In this document: positions 8,504 through 18,968 of the stretch, piece after piece | How the letters are laid out: the number at the start of each line of letters is the position of its first letter | Numbering within the stretch: position 1 is the first letter of the stretch | Source: Rhizomicrobium sp. | GTDB taxonomy: Bacteria > Pseudomonadota > Alphaproteobacteria > Micropepsales > Micropepsaceae | Assembly: GCA_050728855.1 (NCBI GenBank) | Contig: JBOHKI010000003.1 | Span: forward strand, 43,894-107,893 | Reading direction: 5' to 3' | DNA: 64,000 nucleotides | The notes under the pieces: generated by a model | Told to the model about the DNA's origin: nothing | Seen by the model: the letters and a program-made list of their open reading frames with translations, nothing else | The model's database searches: none | Translations under genes and position numbers: made by a program

Positions 8504-9109
8504 GTGGCCAAGCTGGAATTCTTCTTCGATTGCTCCTCGCCGTGGACCTATCTCGCCTTCACCCGCATCCACGACATCGCCGCGCGCTGCCGCGCCGAGG
8601 TGGCGTGGCGTCCCATTCTGGTCGGCGGCGTGTTCAACGCGGTCAATCCGGATGTCTATGAGCGCCGCGCCCATCCCGATCCGCGCAAGGCGTCCTATTA
8701 TGAGAAGGACCTGCAGGACTGGGCACGGCTGGCCGGCATCCGCATCGGCAAGCCGGCGGTCTTTCCCGTCCGCGCCGTGGCCGCGATGCGCTGCGTGCTG
8801 GCGGCGGACGAAGCGGGCAAGCTCGTCCCGTTCGCCCGCGCGGTGTTCGAAGCCTATTGGGGCGATCTCAAGGACATCAGCCAGCCGGACGTCCTGGCCG
8901 CGATCGCGCAGGGGGTGGGGCTGGACGGCCCGGCGCTCCTCGACCGAGCCGGCGCGCCGCAGATCAAGGAGCGCCTCAAGGCGAACACCGATGCGGTCAT
9001 CGCGCGGGGCGGCTTCGGCTCGCCCACCATGTTCGTCGACGGGACCGGCATGTATTTCGGCAACGACCGGCTGCCGCTGGTCGAGGCGGCGCTGATGCGG
9101 GCAGGATAG
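8504..9109 (+). CDS. 2-hydroxychromene-2-carboxylate isomerase / kappa-GST (DsbA-like) family
   Basis: LEFFFDCSSPWTYLA; GGFGSPTMFV; YFGNDRL. Confidence 0.88.
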   Translation: MAKLEFFFDCSSPWTYLAFTRIHDIAARCRAEVAWRPILVGGVFNAVNPDVYERRAHPDPRKASYYEKDLQDWARLAGIRIGKPAVFPVRAVAAMRCVLAADEAGKLVPFARAVFEAYWGDLKDISQPDVLAAIAQGVGLDGPALLDRAGAPQIKERLKANTDAVIARGGFGSPTMFVDGTGMYFGNDRLPLVEAALMRAG

Positions 9110-9112
9110 GGC

Positions 9113-9841
9113 ATGGCCTTCCTCACCGAACCCCCTTCGCAGCCCGCGATCCGCGCGCCGCTGGTCATCTGGAGCCTGATCGCGGTCTTCGTCGGCATCG
9201 AGATCTCGCGCGAACTGTTCTGGTCCGGCGCGAGCGATGCGGTGTTCCAGCACTATGGCTTCGTGCCGGCGCGCTATTCGCAGGCCTGGCTCGCCGCCCA
9301 TCCCGGCGCAGGCGGCAGCCTGCTCGACCGCGTCCTGCCCTTTGTCACCTGCACCTTCCTGCATGGCAGCCTGCTGCATGTGGGGGTGAATTCCATCTGG
9401 CTGCTCGCGTTTGGCAGCGTCGTGGCGCGCAACATGGGGCCCGTGCGCTTCCTCGCCTTCTTCTTCACCTGCGCCGTGGCGGCGGCCGCGTTCGATCTGG
9501 CCATGCGATGGGGCTCGCCCGATCCGGCCATCGGCGCCTCGGGCGCGATCTCCGGCATGATGGCGGCGGGCATCCGCATGGCGGGCTTCAATGGCCGTGC
9601 CGACCGCGACGACCACACCTTCCGGCCGCTCACCGACCGGCTGGTGATCTCCTTCACGGTGTTCTGGATGATCGCCAACCTGGCCGCGGGCCTTGCCGGT
9701 TTCGGCACCGAGCCGGGCCAGACCATCGCCTGGCAGGCCCATATCGGCGGCTATCTGGCGGGCCTGCTGCTGATCGGACTGGTTTACCATCCGGCGCGGC
9801 AAGCGCCGCCGGAAGACGAATTCCCCACCGCCGCGGCTTGA
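9113..9841 (+). CDS. Rhomboid family intramembrane serine protease
   Basis: FLHGSLLHVGVN, catalytic GASG, AWQAHIGG. Confidence 0.88.
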   Translation: MAFLTEPPSQPAIRAPLVIWSLIAVFVGIEISRELFWSGASDAVFQHYGFVPARYSQAWLAAHPGAGGSLLDRVLPFVTCTFLHGSLLHVGVNSIWLLAFGSVVARNMGPVRFLAFFFTCAVAAAAFDLAMRWGSPDPAIGASGAISGMMAAGIRMAGFNGRADRDDHTFRPLTDRLVISFTVFWMIANLAAGLAGFGTEPGQTIAWQAHIGGYLAGLLLIGLVYHPARQAPPEDEFPTAAA

Positions 9842-9895
9842 AAGGGCCAGCAGGCGCAATAGATTAGTCTCAGGCCTCGCACAGGAGGGCCCGCG

Positions 9896-10210
9896 ATGAC
9901 CGACATGCCTCCGTCCGGAACCGTTCCACCCACGGCCGCGCCCATGCCCCAGGCGGCGCATCCGCCGTTCCCGGGCGTGCGCCTGCTCTATTCCGTGCTC
10001 TTCGGCGTGCTCGCCTATTTCGCGCTGGTGCTGGTGTTCGCGCTGACGGTGGTGCAGTTCATCGTGCTCGCCATCACCGGCAAGGTGAATGACGAATTGA
10101 AGAGCTTCTGCGGCAATCTCGTGCAATATGTCTGGGAACTGCTCGCCTTCATCACCTTCGTCCGCGATGACCAGCCCTTCCCGATGGGACCGTTCCCCAA
10201 GCGTCACTGA
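9896..10210 (+). CDS. DUF4389-like small membrane protein
   Basis: RLLYSVLF..VVQFIVLAITGKVNDELKSF...YITF..DDQPFP. Confidence 0.7.
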   Translation: MTDMPPSGTVPPTAAPMPQAAHPPFPGVRLLYSVLFGVLAYFALVLVFALTVVQFIVLAITGKVNDELKSFCGNLVQYVWELLAFITFVRDDQPFPMGPFPKRH

Positions 10211-11390
10211 TACCGGCGGCGTTGAAGACGGTCACGCGGCGCTGAAGCATTTCCAGCTCGCGCCGGATCGCGTCCATCTCAATCACGGTTCCTACGGCGC
10301 GGTGCCCAAACTCGTGCGCGCCGCGGAAGACCGCATCCGCGCGCATATCGAATCCGATCCGACCACGTTCTTCCGCGACGAGCTTGCCGGCGCGCTGCGC
10401 GCGATGGCGGCCAATGTCGCCGCGCGGTTCGGCGGGCAGGGCGAGGATTGGGTGTTCTGCGAAAACGCCACCGCCGCGGTCAATGGCGTTCTGGCGTCCT
10501 TCCCGCTCGCGCCGGGCGACGAGATCGTCACGACGTCCCATGTCTATGGCGCGGTGCTGAAGGCCATGCGCGCCTGCGCCGGTCGGCGGGGCGCGAAACT
10601 CGTGATCGCCGAATTGCCGCCCGTCTCGCAAAGCGACGACGGCGTGGCCGAGGCGATCGCGGCGGCCTTCACGCCGCGCACGCGCCTGCTGGTGGTCGAC
10701 CACATCACCTCCGCCACCGCCACCATCTTTCCCGTCGCGCGGATCGTGGCGCACACGCGCAAGTCGGGCATCGCGGTGCTGGTCGACGGTGCCCACGCCC
10801 CAGGCCAGATCGCGCTCGATGTGCCAGCGCTTGGCGCCGACTGGTACACCGGCAATGCCCACAAATGGTCCTTCGCGCCACGGGGCTGCGGTCTTCTGTG
10901 GACGGCGCCCGAGCGCCAGGCCCAGACACTGCCGGCCGTGCTCTCCCACGGCGCGGAGTCCGGCTACCGCGCCGCTTTCGACTGGATCGGCACGCGGGAT
11001 GTCTCGCCGTGGCTCGCCTTCGCGGCGGCAGGACAAGCCTTTGATTTGTTTGGAGGAAAAGCGCTCATGGTCCGCAACGCCGCGCTGGCGCGGGCGGGCG
11101 CAGATCTGCTCGGCGAGGGCCTGGGCACGGTCTGCGCGGCGCCGCCCGGGATGCGCGCGGCGATGGCGACCATCCTGCTGGGTGATTCGCCGGCCGGTCC
11201 GGAAATCGCCCCGGCCTTCCAGAAGGCGCTGGCGAATCGGTTCGGCCTCGTCGTGCCGGTGTCCAGTTTCGGCGGAAGCCTGACGTTTCGCGTCTCCGCC
11301 CAGATATACAATGAGATCGGCGATTATGAGCGTTGCCTGGCCGCCTGTCTCGAATTGCGCGATGGCCCATTTCGCGAGCATTTCCACTGA
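10167..11390 (+). CDS. Class V PLP aminotransferase (cysteine desulfurase / isopenicillin N epimerase-like); start uncertain
   Basis: HLNHGSYGAVP, VDHITS, VDGAHAPG, YTGNAHKW (PLP lysine); no canonical start near the expected N-terminus. Confidence 0.8.
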   Translation: MTSPSRWDRSPSVTDTGGVEDGHAALKHFQLAPDRVHLNHGSYGAVPKLVRAAEDRIRAHIESDPTTFFRDELAGALRAMAANVAARFGGQGEDWVFCENATAAVNGVLASFPLAPGDEIVTTSHVYGAVLKAMRACAGRRGAKLVIAELPPVSQSDDGVAEAIAAAFTPRTRLLVVDHITSATATIFPVARIVAHTRKSGIAVLVDGAHAPGQIALDVPALGADWYTGNAHKWSFAPRGCGLLWTAPERQAQTLPAVLSHGAESGYRAAFDWIGTRDVSPWLAFAAAGQAFDLFGGKALMVRNAALARAGADLLGEGLGTVCAAPPGMRAAMATILLGDSPAGPEIAPAFQKALANRFGLVVPVSSFGGSLTFRVSAQIYNEIGDYERCLAACLELRDGPFREHFH

Positions 11391-11650
11391 CAAAAAGTCC
11401 GCCTTAGAAAAGGCGGTTCGGTGTTAACGCCCGGAAAAGTGGCAATTCGGTGTTGCATTCCGGGTACAAGGTCTGCACGAAAGGGAGCCGGAAAGCCCCC
11501 TTCCGGATTATGTTCTTGCTCGTTTCGCGAGGTTCCCCGTATCTTTTGAACTGGTGCGAATAAACGGCCGTATTGCGTCCGGGATGAGGACGGGTGCGTC
11601 TGGAAAAAATTTCGCCTTTGAAGGCGGGATTGCAACGGGGAGCTCGAAAA

Positions 11651-14600
11651 ATGCCTGCACAGCGTAAGGTTCGGACCGGACGGTCCTTGACCATCATGGG
11701 TGCATTGATGCTGACGACCGCTTTGGCGGCGCCGGCCTTTGCCCAGGTCGAACAAGTGGTCGTGACCGCCCAGAAGAGGTCGGAAGACATCCAGCAAGTG
11801 CCGATCGCGGTGTCCGCCTTCAGCGGCGCGGACCTGACGGCCCACCAGATCCAGGGCTTCGCCGACCTTCAATTCGCGATCCCGTCGGTGAGCTACACCC
11901 ACGGCAATTTCGGCCCGTCGAACTTCACCATCCGCGGCATCGGTTCCGCCGCCGTGTCCACCTCCGGTGACAGCGGCGTGTCGGTGAACCTGAACCAGGT
12001 CTACCTGAATTCCCCGCCGCTCACCTCGGCGAGTTACTACGATCTCGACAACAGCCTCGGCATCCAGGTGCTGCGCGGTCCGCAGAGCACGCTGTGGGGC
12101 AGAAACGCCACCGGCGGCGCGATCGACGTCGAAACCGCCAAGCCCGATCTCGACAATTTCGCGTCGGACATCGAGGGCAGCTACGGCAATTACAACGACC
12201 AGGAAGTCCGGGCGATGGTCAATATGCCCATCTCGGACGGCACGGCCGCGCTGCGCGTCGCCGGCTTCTGGGAAAACCGCGACGGCACGGTGAAGAATGC
12301 CTATCCGGGCCTGAACCCGGGCTCCGGAATCGCCGACAAGCTCGATGGCCGCAACGACTATTCGTTCCGCGGCTCGTTCCGCTGGCAACCTTCGTCGGAC
12401 ACGACGGTCGACATGATGCTGCAGACCTCGCACGAGAGCGACTCGCGCGTCCGCGGCCAGGTCCAGCTTTGCGATCGCGACCCGTCGGGCGTGCTGGGCT
12501 GCTTGCCGGACAAGCTGGCCTTCGAGCCCACCAACGGCAACGCGACGCTGGGAACGCTGCTCTCCAGCAACCTGGTTCTCGGCGATGCGCTGAGCCTGTT
12601 CGACGTGGTCGGGCCGGGCGCGCTTCCGGGCCAGAATGCGACGCAATTCGTTCCGCATTCGCTGCGCGAAGTGAACACGCCGTTCACGCCGATCAGCCGC
12701 GGCAAGGATCTGTTCGCCATGACGCATTGGCACCAGAACCTCTCCGATTGGCTGGGGATGGATCTGACGTTCGGCTATGACAACAATTCCGGCCTCAGCC
12801 AGGAAAGCTACAACAACACTCCCGGTGACAGCCTCAACACCGCGCCGACCGCGACCCAGCAGGCGTACTGCACCGGGTTCGGTATCGTAAACTGTACGCG
12901 CCTGACGGCCGCGCAGCTGATCTTGGGCACTCCATTCCCGTTTGGCGCCGGTGCGTCGGCGAACTACAATGCCTACTACGCCGGCCACCTCGGCACGCTT
13001 CCGGTTACCCGCATCGCCGGCCCGAACAATACGGGCATCGCGAACCTGAGCGACATCAGCGGCTACCGCGGCGATGTGTACGGCTACGACCAGATCGACG
13101 GCCGTGACAACGAGTGGTCGGGCGAACTTCGCTTCGCCTCGAACTTCTCCGGTCCGTTCAACTTCAATTTGGGCTTCTACCACAACCACGATCACAACGA
13201 CGCCCACTACTACGTGGACGCCGACACGCTGGACTACGCGGCCGTGGTTCTGGGCGGCGCGACCGTCGCCAACGGCGCCGTGCTCTATCCCTCGCAATAC
13301 GACAACGACAACAACGACTATCAGCTGCTGTCGAATGCCGTGTTCGGCGAGTTGTACTACGAGCCGATCCCTCAAGTCCTGAAGTTCACGGTCGGCGCTC
13401 GCTACACCATCGACAAGAAGACGTTCGAGTCCGGCCAGGTGCTGTTCAATTCGGCGACCGCGATCGGCACGCCAAGCTTCAACTGGCTGGTGCTGCCTGA
13501 GTCTGCGAATGCGGTCGGCGGCTGCGGAGACTCGACGGTTGTTGACCCTGCGACGGGAACGATTCCCAACCCGGGCGGTCTGCCGTGCTTCAGCAACCAG
13601 AGCACCGAGTTCCGGGAGTGGACCGGACGCGGCCTCGTGGAATGGACGCCGACGCTGGACTTCTCGGATGCGACGCACATGTACCTGTCGTATTCGCGCG
13701 GCGTGCGCGACGGCGGCTTCAACCCGCCGCCGCTGAACCCGGGCTCCTTCCCGCTGACGTTCTCGCCGGAAACGCTTGACGCCTACGAACTCGGCTCCAA
13801 GAACACGTTCCTCGGCGGCACGCTGCAGGCCAACATCACGGCCTGGTACTACAAGTATTCGGGCTTCCAGGTGTCGGAGATCATCGACCGCACGTCGATC
13901 AACCAGAACATCAATTCCAGGCTGTACGGCGTGGAAGGCGAAATCTTCTGGGCGCCGACCGACAAGCTCCAGTTCAACTTCAACACCGGCTACACGCATT
14001 CCTCGATCGAGAACCAGCTCGACATCGATCCGCGCAATCCGGTGGGCAACGTCACCACCAACACCGCGCTGGTCAAGGATGCGCAGACGGCGTCGCTCTG
14101 CGTGATCAACAACCTCGCCGGCTTCCCGAATGCCATCGCGGCCGGCCTTGCGGTTGCTTCGCCTGACGGCGGCGTGACGGTGATCAACGGAAACCCGATC
14201 CCGTCGGGCTTCGGTTCGTGCTCCGCGGCGACCGCGGCTACGATCGACGGAATCGTCATCGCCGGCGTGCATCCCTACTCGCTGGTTCAGGGCAATCCCG
14301 TCAATCTGAAGGGCAACCAGATGCCGAACACGCCGCCGTGGACGGTCAGTGTCGGCGGTCAGTACACCTTCGATGTGGGTGACGGTTACACCTTGATCCC
14401 GCGCGCGGACATCTACTGGACCGATGCCCAGTGGGCCCGCATCTTCGAGGATGGCGCCGACAAAGTGCGGTCCTACACCGTCGCCAACGCGCAGATCATG
14501 CTCAACTCGCCGAACAATCTGTGGTACGCGCGGGTTTGGGTGAAGAACATCTTCGACAAGGACAACATGACGGGCGAATACCTCACCGACGCGTCGTCGG

Positions 14601-14668
14601 GCCTGTTCACCAACGCCTTCGTCGGCGAGCCGCGTACCTACGGCTTGACCCTGGGCGTGCATCTCTAA
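11651..14668 (+). CDS. TonB-dependent receptor
   Basis: Signal peptide; TonB box/plug VEQVVVTAQKRSEDIQQVPIAVSA, VLRGPQSTLWGRNATGG; C-terminal GEPRTYGLTLGVHL. Confidence 0.93.
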   Translation: MPAQRKVRTGRSLTIMGALMLTTALAAPAFAQVEQVVVTAQKRSEDIQQVPIAVSAFSGADLTAHQIQGFADLQFAIPSVSYTHGNFGPSNFTIRGIGSAAVSTSGDSGVSVNLNQVYLNSPPLTSASYYDLDNSLGIQVLRGPQSTLWGRNATGGAIDVETAKPDLDNFASDIEGSYGNYNDQEVRAMVNMPISDGTAALRVAGFWENRDGTVKNAYPGLNPGSGIADKLDGRNDYSFRGSFRWQPSSDTTVDMMLQTSHESDSRVRGQVQLCDRDPSGVLGCLPDKLAFEPTNGNATLGTLLSSNLVLGDALSLFDVVGPGALPGQNATQFVPHSLREVNTPFTPISRGKDLFAMTHWHQNLSDWLGMDLTFGYDNNSGLSQESYNNTPGDSLNTAPTATQQAYCTGFGIVNCTRLTAAQLILGTPFPFGAGASANYNAYYAGHLGTLPVTRIAGPNNTGIANLSDISGYRGDVYGYDQIDGRDNEWSGELRFASNFSGPFNFNLGFYHNHDHNDAHYYVDADTLDYAAVVLGGATVANGAVLYPSQYDNDNNDYQLLSNAVFGELYYEPIPQVLKFTVGARYTIDKKTFESGQVLFNSATAIGTPSFNWLVLPESANAVGGCGDSTVVDPATGTIPNPGGLPCFSNQSTEFREWTGRGLVEWTPTLDFSDATHMYLSYSRGVRDGGFNPPPLNPGSFPLTFSPETLDAYELGSKNTFLGGTLQANITAWYYKYSGFQVSEIIDRTSINQNINSRLYGVEGEIFWAPTDKLQFNFNTGYTHSSIENQLDIDPRNPVGNVTTNTALVKDAQTASLCVINNLAGFPNAIAAGLAVASPDGGVTVINGNPIPSGFGSCSAATAATIDGIVIAGVHPYSLVQGNPVNLKGNQMPNTPPWTVSVGGQYTFDVGDGYTLIPRADIYWTDAQWARIFEDGADKVRSYTVANAQIMLNSPNNLWYARVWVKNIFDKDNMTGEYLTDASSGLFTNAFVGEPRTYGLTLGVHL

Positions 14669-14693
14669 GCCCGGGCAACCGGGTCGATAGCGG

Positions 14694-14718
14694 GGGCGCC
14701 GGGAAACCGGCGCCCTTT
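14694..14718 (+). terminator. Intrinsic terminator
   Basis: GGGCGCCGG-GAAA-CCGGCGCCC followed by TTT. Confidence 0.7.
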
Positions 14719-14844
14719 CGCGTTCCGGGCACCCCGGGGGGAGGGGGGGTGCGTGGAGACGGTGAAACAAAGATCATGGGATGGTGGATGCCGGTCCGCC
14801 ATCCCCCAGGTTTCGTGGGCCGGCGCGGCAAGGAGTGGACGAGC

Positions 14845-15786
14845 ATGGAACAGCGCAATGTGGGCCGCTCCGGCCTCAAGGTCTCGCTGGTGGGCCTGGG
14901 CTGCAACAATTTCGGCGTGCTCGACGTCGAATCCTCCCGCAAGGTCGTGCACCGCGCCCTCGATTTGGGCGTCACCCTGCTGGACACCGCCGATGTCTAT
15001 GGCAACCGCGGCGGCTCCGAACAGCAGCTGGGCGAGATCCTGGGCCCGCGCCGGAAGGACATCGTCCTCGCCACCAAATTCGCCATGCAGATGGACGATT
15101 CAGGCGCCAAGGCCGGCGCCTCGAGGCGCTACATCGTGGACGCCTGCGAGGCGAGCCTGAAGCGGCTCAAGACCGATTGGATCGATCTCTACCAGCAGCA
15201 CCGTTTCGATTCCGCCACCCCCATCGAGGAGACGCTGGCGGCGCTGGACGATCTGGTGCGTGCCGGCAAGGTGCGCTACGCCGGCTGCTCCAATTTTTCC
15301 GCCTGGCAGGTCGCCGACGCGCATTGGACCGCGCGCGACCGCGCCCGCACCGCCTTCATCTGCGCCCAGGACGAATACAGCCTGCTGTCGCGCGACATCG
15401 ATCGCGAGCTCGTGCCCGCGCTCCGGCATTTCGGCATGGGCCTGCTGCCCTATTTCCCGCTGGCCAGCGGCATGCTCACCGGCAAGTACCGGCAGGGCGC
15501 CGATATCCCCGCCGGCACGCGCATGGCGCTGATGAAACGCCTGGCCGACCGCTACATGACGGATGCCAACTGGCGGATCGTGGGCGCGCTCGAGGCGTTC
15601 TGCCAGGAGCGCGATCACAGCCTGCTGGAGCTTGCCTTTTCCTGGCTCGCCGCGCGCTCGCCGGTCGCCAGCGTGATCGCCGGCGCGACGAGGCCCGAGC
15701 AGATCGAGGCGAACGTGAAGGCCGCGGACTGGAAGCTGTCGCCGGAAGACCTGGCCGCGATCGACACGCTGACGAAGAAGGACTGA
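14845..15786 (+). CDS. Aldo/keto reductase
   Basis: VGLGCNNFG, LDTADVYG, VLATKF, LKTDWIDLYQQH, YFPLASGMLTGKY. Confidence 0.93.
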   Translation: MEQRNVGRSGLKVSLVGLGCNNFGVLDVESSRKVVHRALDLGVTLLDTADVYGNRGGSEQQLGEILGPRRKDIVLATKFAMQMDDSGAKAGASRRYIVDACEASLKRLKTDWIDLYQQHRFDSATPIEETLAALDDLVRAGKVRYAGCSNFSAWQVADAHWTARDRARTAFICAQDEYSLLSRDIDRELVPALRHFGMGLLPYFPLASGMLTGKYRQGADIPAGTRMALMKRLADRYMTDANWRIVGALEAFCQERDHSLLELAFSWLAARSPVASVIAGATRPEQIEANVKAADWKLSPEDLAAIDTLTKKD

Positions 15787-15830
15787 CGAAGGAGAGTTGG
15801 CGAAGAAGAGTTGGCGAAGCAGCGCCGGGG

Positions 15831-18800
15831 CTACTCGGCCGGCTGCGGCCGCTGGCGGCTGAACATGCCGCTCACCCGCGTGCCGATGCGGTCGAGATAC
15901 ACATAGAGCACTGGCGTGATGTAGAGCGTCAGCAGCTGGGACAGCATCAGCCCGCCGACGACGGCGAGGCCCAGCGGGCGGCGCGTCTCCGCTCCCTGCC
16001 CGAAGCCGATGGCGATGGGCAGGGTGCCCATCAGCGCCGCCATGGTCGTCATCATGATCGGCCGGAAGCGGATCAGGGCGGCCTCCACGATGGCCTTCTC
16101 CGGCGCGACGCCCTCGCTGCGTTCCCGCGACAGCGCGAAGTCGATCATCATGATGGCGTTCTTCTTGACGATGCCGATGAGCATGATCATGCCGACAAAG
16201 GCATAGAGGCTGAGCGTCGTGTCCGATGAGGCCAGTCCCAGGAGGAAGGCCAGGTGCGCCAGCCACAGCGTGAGCAGCGCGCCCACCGCCGCCGACGGCA
16301 GTCCCGACAGGATCGTCAGCGGATGGATGAAGCTCTCATAGAGGATGCCCAGCACGATATAGACCACGACCAGCGCCGCGAGCAGCAACAGACCCAACCC
16401 GCTGGTCGAGCTCTGGAACGCCTGGGCCGTGCCCTCGAAGGTGGACTGCACGGTCTCCGGCATGTTGATCCGGCGCTGCACCTTCGCGATCGCGCTCACC
16501 GCGTCGCTGAGCGCATAGCCCGGCGCCAGGTCGAAGGAGATCGTCACCGATGGCAGCTGTCCCAGATGGTTGACCGACAGCGGCATCACGCTCGGCGCAA
16601 CCTTCGTGACCGAGGTGAGCGGCACCAGCGTCGTGCCGTCCGCCGCCGTCACATAGAGCCGCTGGAGCGCGGTCGGATCGGCCTGATAGCGCTGCTCCAG
16701 CTCCAGGATCACCTTGTAGGTGTCGGACGAGCCGTAGATCTGGGAGATCTGCTCGCCACCGAAGGCCGCGCCCAGCGCCGTCTCGATGGCCGCGGGCGTC
16801 ACGTTGAGCGCCGCCGCCTTGTTGCGGTCGATGGTCACCGCGATCGCCGGCGAGGAGAGCTGCAGGTCGGTGTTGACCTGCACGAAGCCCGGCGTGTCCT
16901 GGAGCGCCTCCATCAGCTTGGTCGAGGTCTCCTGGAGCTCGGTCTGGTCGAGGTCCTGCAGGGTGTACTGGTACTGCGATTTGGTGAGCTTGCCGCCGAT
17001 GCGGATCATCGGCGGGATCTGCGCATTCACGCTGATGCCGGGAATGCCGGAGAGCTTGTGGCGGAAGTCCTCCATGATCCGGCCGATCGGCCGCGTCCGT
17101 TCGCTGAGCGGCTTCAGTGTGGCGAAGATGCGCCCCGCATTTGTGCCGGCGCTCGTCCCGCCCGCGCCGACCGACGACATGAACCCCGCCACGTCGGGAT
17201 CGTCCGCGATGATGGCGGCGGCCTGCTTCTGATAGCGCACCATCTGGTCGAACGACGTGCCGTTCTGCGCCTCGGTGATGAACAGGATCTGCCCGGTGTC
17301 CGAGGTCGGCAGGAAATCCTGCGGGATGAACATGAAGAGCAGGATGGTGGCCGCGATGCTGCCCAGGAACACGAGGAAGATGATGAAGCGGTGCGCCACG
17401 CTCCAGTTCAGCGTGCGCTCGTAGAAGCCCTGCATGCGTTCGAAGGTGCGCTCGGAAAGTTCGTAGAAGCGGTTGTGGCTGCGCTTGTGCTCCGGCTTGA
17501 GCAGGCGCGCGCACAGCATCGGCGTCAGCGTAACCGACACCACGCCGGAGAACACGATGGCCAGGATGATGGTGACCGCGAATTCGTGCAGGATGCGCCC
17601 GATCAACCCGCCCATGAACACGATGGGGATGAACACCGCCGCCAGCGAGGCGGTCATGGACAGGATCGTGAAAGCGATCTCGCGCGCGCCCTTGATCGTG
17701 GCCTCGAAGGGCTCTTCGCCCGCTTCCACATGACGGACGATGTTCTCCAGCATGACGATGGCGTCGTCGACGACGAAGCCCACCGACAGCGTCAGCGCCA
17801 GCAGCGAGAGATTGTCCAGGCTGAAGCCGAAGAACAGCATCCCGGCGAAGGTTCCGATGACGGCGATGGGCAGCGCCAGCGACGGGATCAATGTCGCCGA
17901 GAGCGTTCGCAGGAATACGAAGATCACGCCCACGACGAGGATCGCGGCCAGGAGCAGCGTGGTTTCGACATCCGACACCGAGGCGCGGATCGACTGGCTG
18001 CGGTCGTAGAGCACGTTCAGCGACAGCGTCGCCGGCAGCTGGCCCAGGAAGCGCGGCAGGATGGACTTGACCTCGTCCACCACCGCGATGGTGTTGGAGC
18101 CGGGCTGGCGCTGGATGGCGAGCACGATGGCGCGATTGCCGTTGTACCAGCTCGCCACATACTTGTTCTCGACGCTGTCCACCACCTTGGCGACGTCCTC
18201 GACGCGCACCGGCGCGCCGTTGCGGTAGGCGATGATCTGCTGCTGGAACTGGCTCGCGTCGGTCAGCTGCCCGGTCGAGTGCACCACCACGGTCTGGCGT
18301 TCGCCATTCAGCGTGCCGGTCGGGATGTTCGGGTTGGCGGCGTCCGCGATGGTGGCCACCTGGTCGATGCCGATGCCGCGCGCGGCCAGCGCCGACGGAT
18401 CGGCCTCGATGCGCACGGCGAATTTCTGCGAGCCGTAGACGTTGACCTGCGCCACGCCGTCCAGCGTCGACAGCTGCCGCGCGAGCAGGGTTTCGGCATA
18501 TTTGTCCACTTCCTGGAGCGGCAGCGTCTGCGAACCCAGCGCCAGATAGACGATCGGCTGGTCGGCCGGATTGACCTTGCGCATGGTCGGCGGCGTCGGC
18601 ATCTGCTGCGGCAGTTGCCGCGTCGCCGCCGAGATCGCGGCCTGCACGTCCTGCGCCGCGCCGTCGAGATTGCGGTCGATGTCGAAGACGATGGTGACCT
18701 GCGTCGAGCCTTCGGTGCTCGAGGAATCCATCGAGCTGACGCCAGCGATGGTGGAGAACTGGCTCTCCAGCGGCGTGGCCACCGCCGAGGCCATGGTCTC

Positions 18801-18968
18801 GGGATCCGCGCCTGGCAGCGACGCCGACACCACGATGGTGGGGAAATCGACGTTGGGCAGTTCGCTGACCGGCAGGCTGAAGAACCCGAACACGCCGAAA
18901 ATGACGAGCGCCGCCATCAGCAGCGTCGTCATCACCGGCAATCGGACGAACGGCTCGGAAAGGTTCAT
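15831..18968 (-). CDS. RND efflux permease (MdtB/MdtC-like)
   Basis: LPVSELPNVDFPTI, GFVVDDAIVMLENI, GIVKKNAIM, RFRPIMMTT. Confidence 0.93.
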   Translation of the reverse strand: MNLSEPFVRLPVMTTLLMAALVIFGVFGFFSLPVSELPNVDFPTIVVSASLPGADPETMASAVATPLESQFSTIAGVSSMDSSSTEGSTQVTIVFDIDRNLDGAAQDVQAAISAATRQLPQQMPTPPTMRKVNPADQPIVYLALGSQTLPLQEVDKYAETLLARQLSTLDGVAQVNVYGSQKFAVRIEADPSALAARGIGIDQVATIADAANPNIPTGTLNGERQTVVVHSTGQLTDASQFQQQIIAYRNGAPVRVEDVAKVVDSVENKYVASWYNGNRAIVLAIQRQPGSNTIAVVDEVKSILPRFLGQLPATLSLNVLYDRSQSIRASVSDVETTLLLAAILVVGVIFVFLRTLSATLIPSLALPIAVIGTFAGMLFFGFSLDNLSLLALTLSVGFVVDDAIVMLENIVRHVEAGEEPFEATIKGAREIAFTILSMTASLAAVFIPIVFMGGLIGRILHEFAVTIILAIVFSGVVSVTLTPMLCARLLKPEHKRSHNRFYELSERTFERMQGFYERTLNWSVAHRFIIFLVFLGSIAATILLFMFIPQDFLPTSDTGQILFITEAQNGTSFDQMVRYQKQAAAIIADDPDVAGFMSSVGAGGTSAGTNAGRIFATLKPLSERTRPIGRIMEDFRHKLSGIPGISVNAQIPPMIRIGGKLTKSQYQYTLQDLDQTELQETSTKLMEALQDTPGFVQVNTDLQLSSPAIAVTIDRNKAAALNVTPAAIETALGAAFGGEQISQIYGSSDTYKVILELEQRYQADPTALQRLYVTAADGTTLVPLTSVTKVAPSVMPLSVNHLGQLPSVTISFDLAPGYALSDAVSAIAKVQRRINMPETVQSTFEGTAQAFQSSTSGLGLLLLAALVVVYIVLGILYESFIHPLTILSGLPSAAVGALLTLWLAHLAFLLGLASSDTTLSLYAFVGMIMLIGIVKKNAIMMIDFALSRERSEGVAPEKAIVEAALIRFRPIMMTTMAALMGTLPIAIGFGQGAETRRPLGLAVVGGLMLSQLLTLYITPVLYVYLDRIGTRVSGMFSRQRPQPAE

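Noticed and set aside
10167-11390. Beta-lactam biosynthesis (isopenicillin N epimerase)
   Set aside because: Family-level similarity only; no ACV synthetase, IPNS or other cluster genes nearby
11324-14770. Very long antisense ORFs (1148 aa here; also 34133-37723, 16254-19181, 20200-22812, 47857-50085 and others)
   Set aside because: They mirror real genes on the opposite strand, are Arg/Gly/Ala-rich without domain motifs, and are expected shadows of GC3-biased coding sequence
15792-15819. 14-nt tandem duplication (G/A)AGAGTTGGCGAAG between convergent genes
   Set aside because: Only two units with no spacer; not CRISPR-like; most likely slippage or an assembly artefact
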